A stretch of 63,337 nucleotides of DNA, the filler included, from Chiloscyllium plagiosum (Eukaryota): assembly GCF_004010195.1 (NCBI RefSeq). It is 3 parts of one record of this genome, joined end to end, with 100 filler letters (N's around TTAATTAATTAA, not from the genome) between each part and the next. Parts side by side here need not be neighbours in the genome. Positions count along the whole stretch, not along the records: positions 56,324 to 63,337 come from NC_057717.1; 2 more parts are not named here. One strand, written 5' to 3'. The translations under genes and the position numbers were made by a program. The stretch's first letter is position 1; every line of letters begins with the position of its first letter. Under the pieces are notes generated by a model that saw only the letters and a program-made list of their open reading frames with translations, searched no databases and had not been told where the DNA came from. Shown here in pieces: positions 62,892 to 63,337 of the stretch.

Positions 62892-63101
62892 CAGCCCAGT
62901 AGTTTAACCAATCAAATCACATCCGGGACGCAGTACCTGACATATCCAGAGACTGACTCCTTGAAATGTTTTGAGGGGGTTTCATCTGGTTCATAACAAA
63001 AGTTTTCAACTCCACCTAACATTCTCTGAGAATTGTACTAATCCAGTCAAGTCTCCCTAATGCTGCATTCACTTTGTTGTTGTGTCATTTACTTTCAGTA
63101 C

Positions 63102-63337
63102 GGGTGGCACGTTGGCACAGTGGTTAGCACTGCTGCCTCGCAGCGCCAGAGACCCGGGTTCAATTCCCGCCTCAGGCGACTGACTGTGTGGAGTTTGCAC
63201 GTTCTCCCCGTGTCTGCGTGGGTTTCCTCCGGGTGCTCCGGTTTCCTCCCACAGTCACAAAGATGTGCAGGTCAGGTGAATTGGCCATGTTAAATTGTCC
63301 ATAGTGTTAGGTAAGGGGTAAATGTAGGGGTATGGGT
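63102..63337 (+). mobile_element. HE1 SINE (cut by the window end)
   Basis: A/B boxes and V-domain, near-identical to 50118-50434. Confidence 0.95.

Overview
Repeat-dense eukaryotic genomic DNA from a cartilaginous fish. The basis is HE1/V-SINEs, HER1/CR1 LINEs and a shark-type C2H2 gene start; a bamboo or carpet shark is my guess only. I see no intact protein-coding gene, rRNA, genuine tRNA or CRISPR array. The window is a patchwork of: (i) many CR1-type LINE fragments; (ii) six HE1 SINEs; (iii) Penelope-like element (PLE) pieces from about three families, plus many short hairpin-shaped PLE-terminus insertions with minimal hammerhead-ribozyme motifs, three of them with clear 15-19 bp target-site duplications; (iv) a decayed Gmr1-like Gypsy LTR retrotransposon with SCAN-like gag and integrase placed before RT; (v) a probable ERV-like 3' LTR with adjacent unexplained internal sequence; (vi) two decayed hAT transposases; (vii) a C2H2 zinc-finger pseudogene; (viii) an unexplained ~2.5-kb unit triplicated in tandem, each copy with a candidate TATA/homeodomain promoter; and (ix) a ZNF143/NRF1/CCAAT promoter-like island. 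Two identical 100-bp N44-TTAATTAATTAA-N44 linkers are assembly joins, so linkage across 31.9 kb and 56.3 kb is not assured. All calls come from reading and hand translation, and boundaries of decayed elements are approximate.
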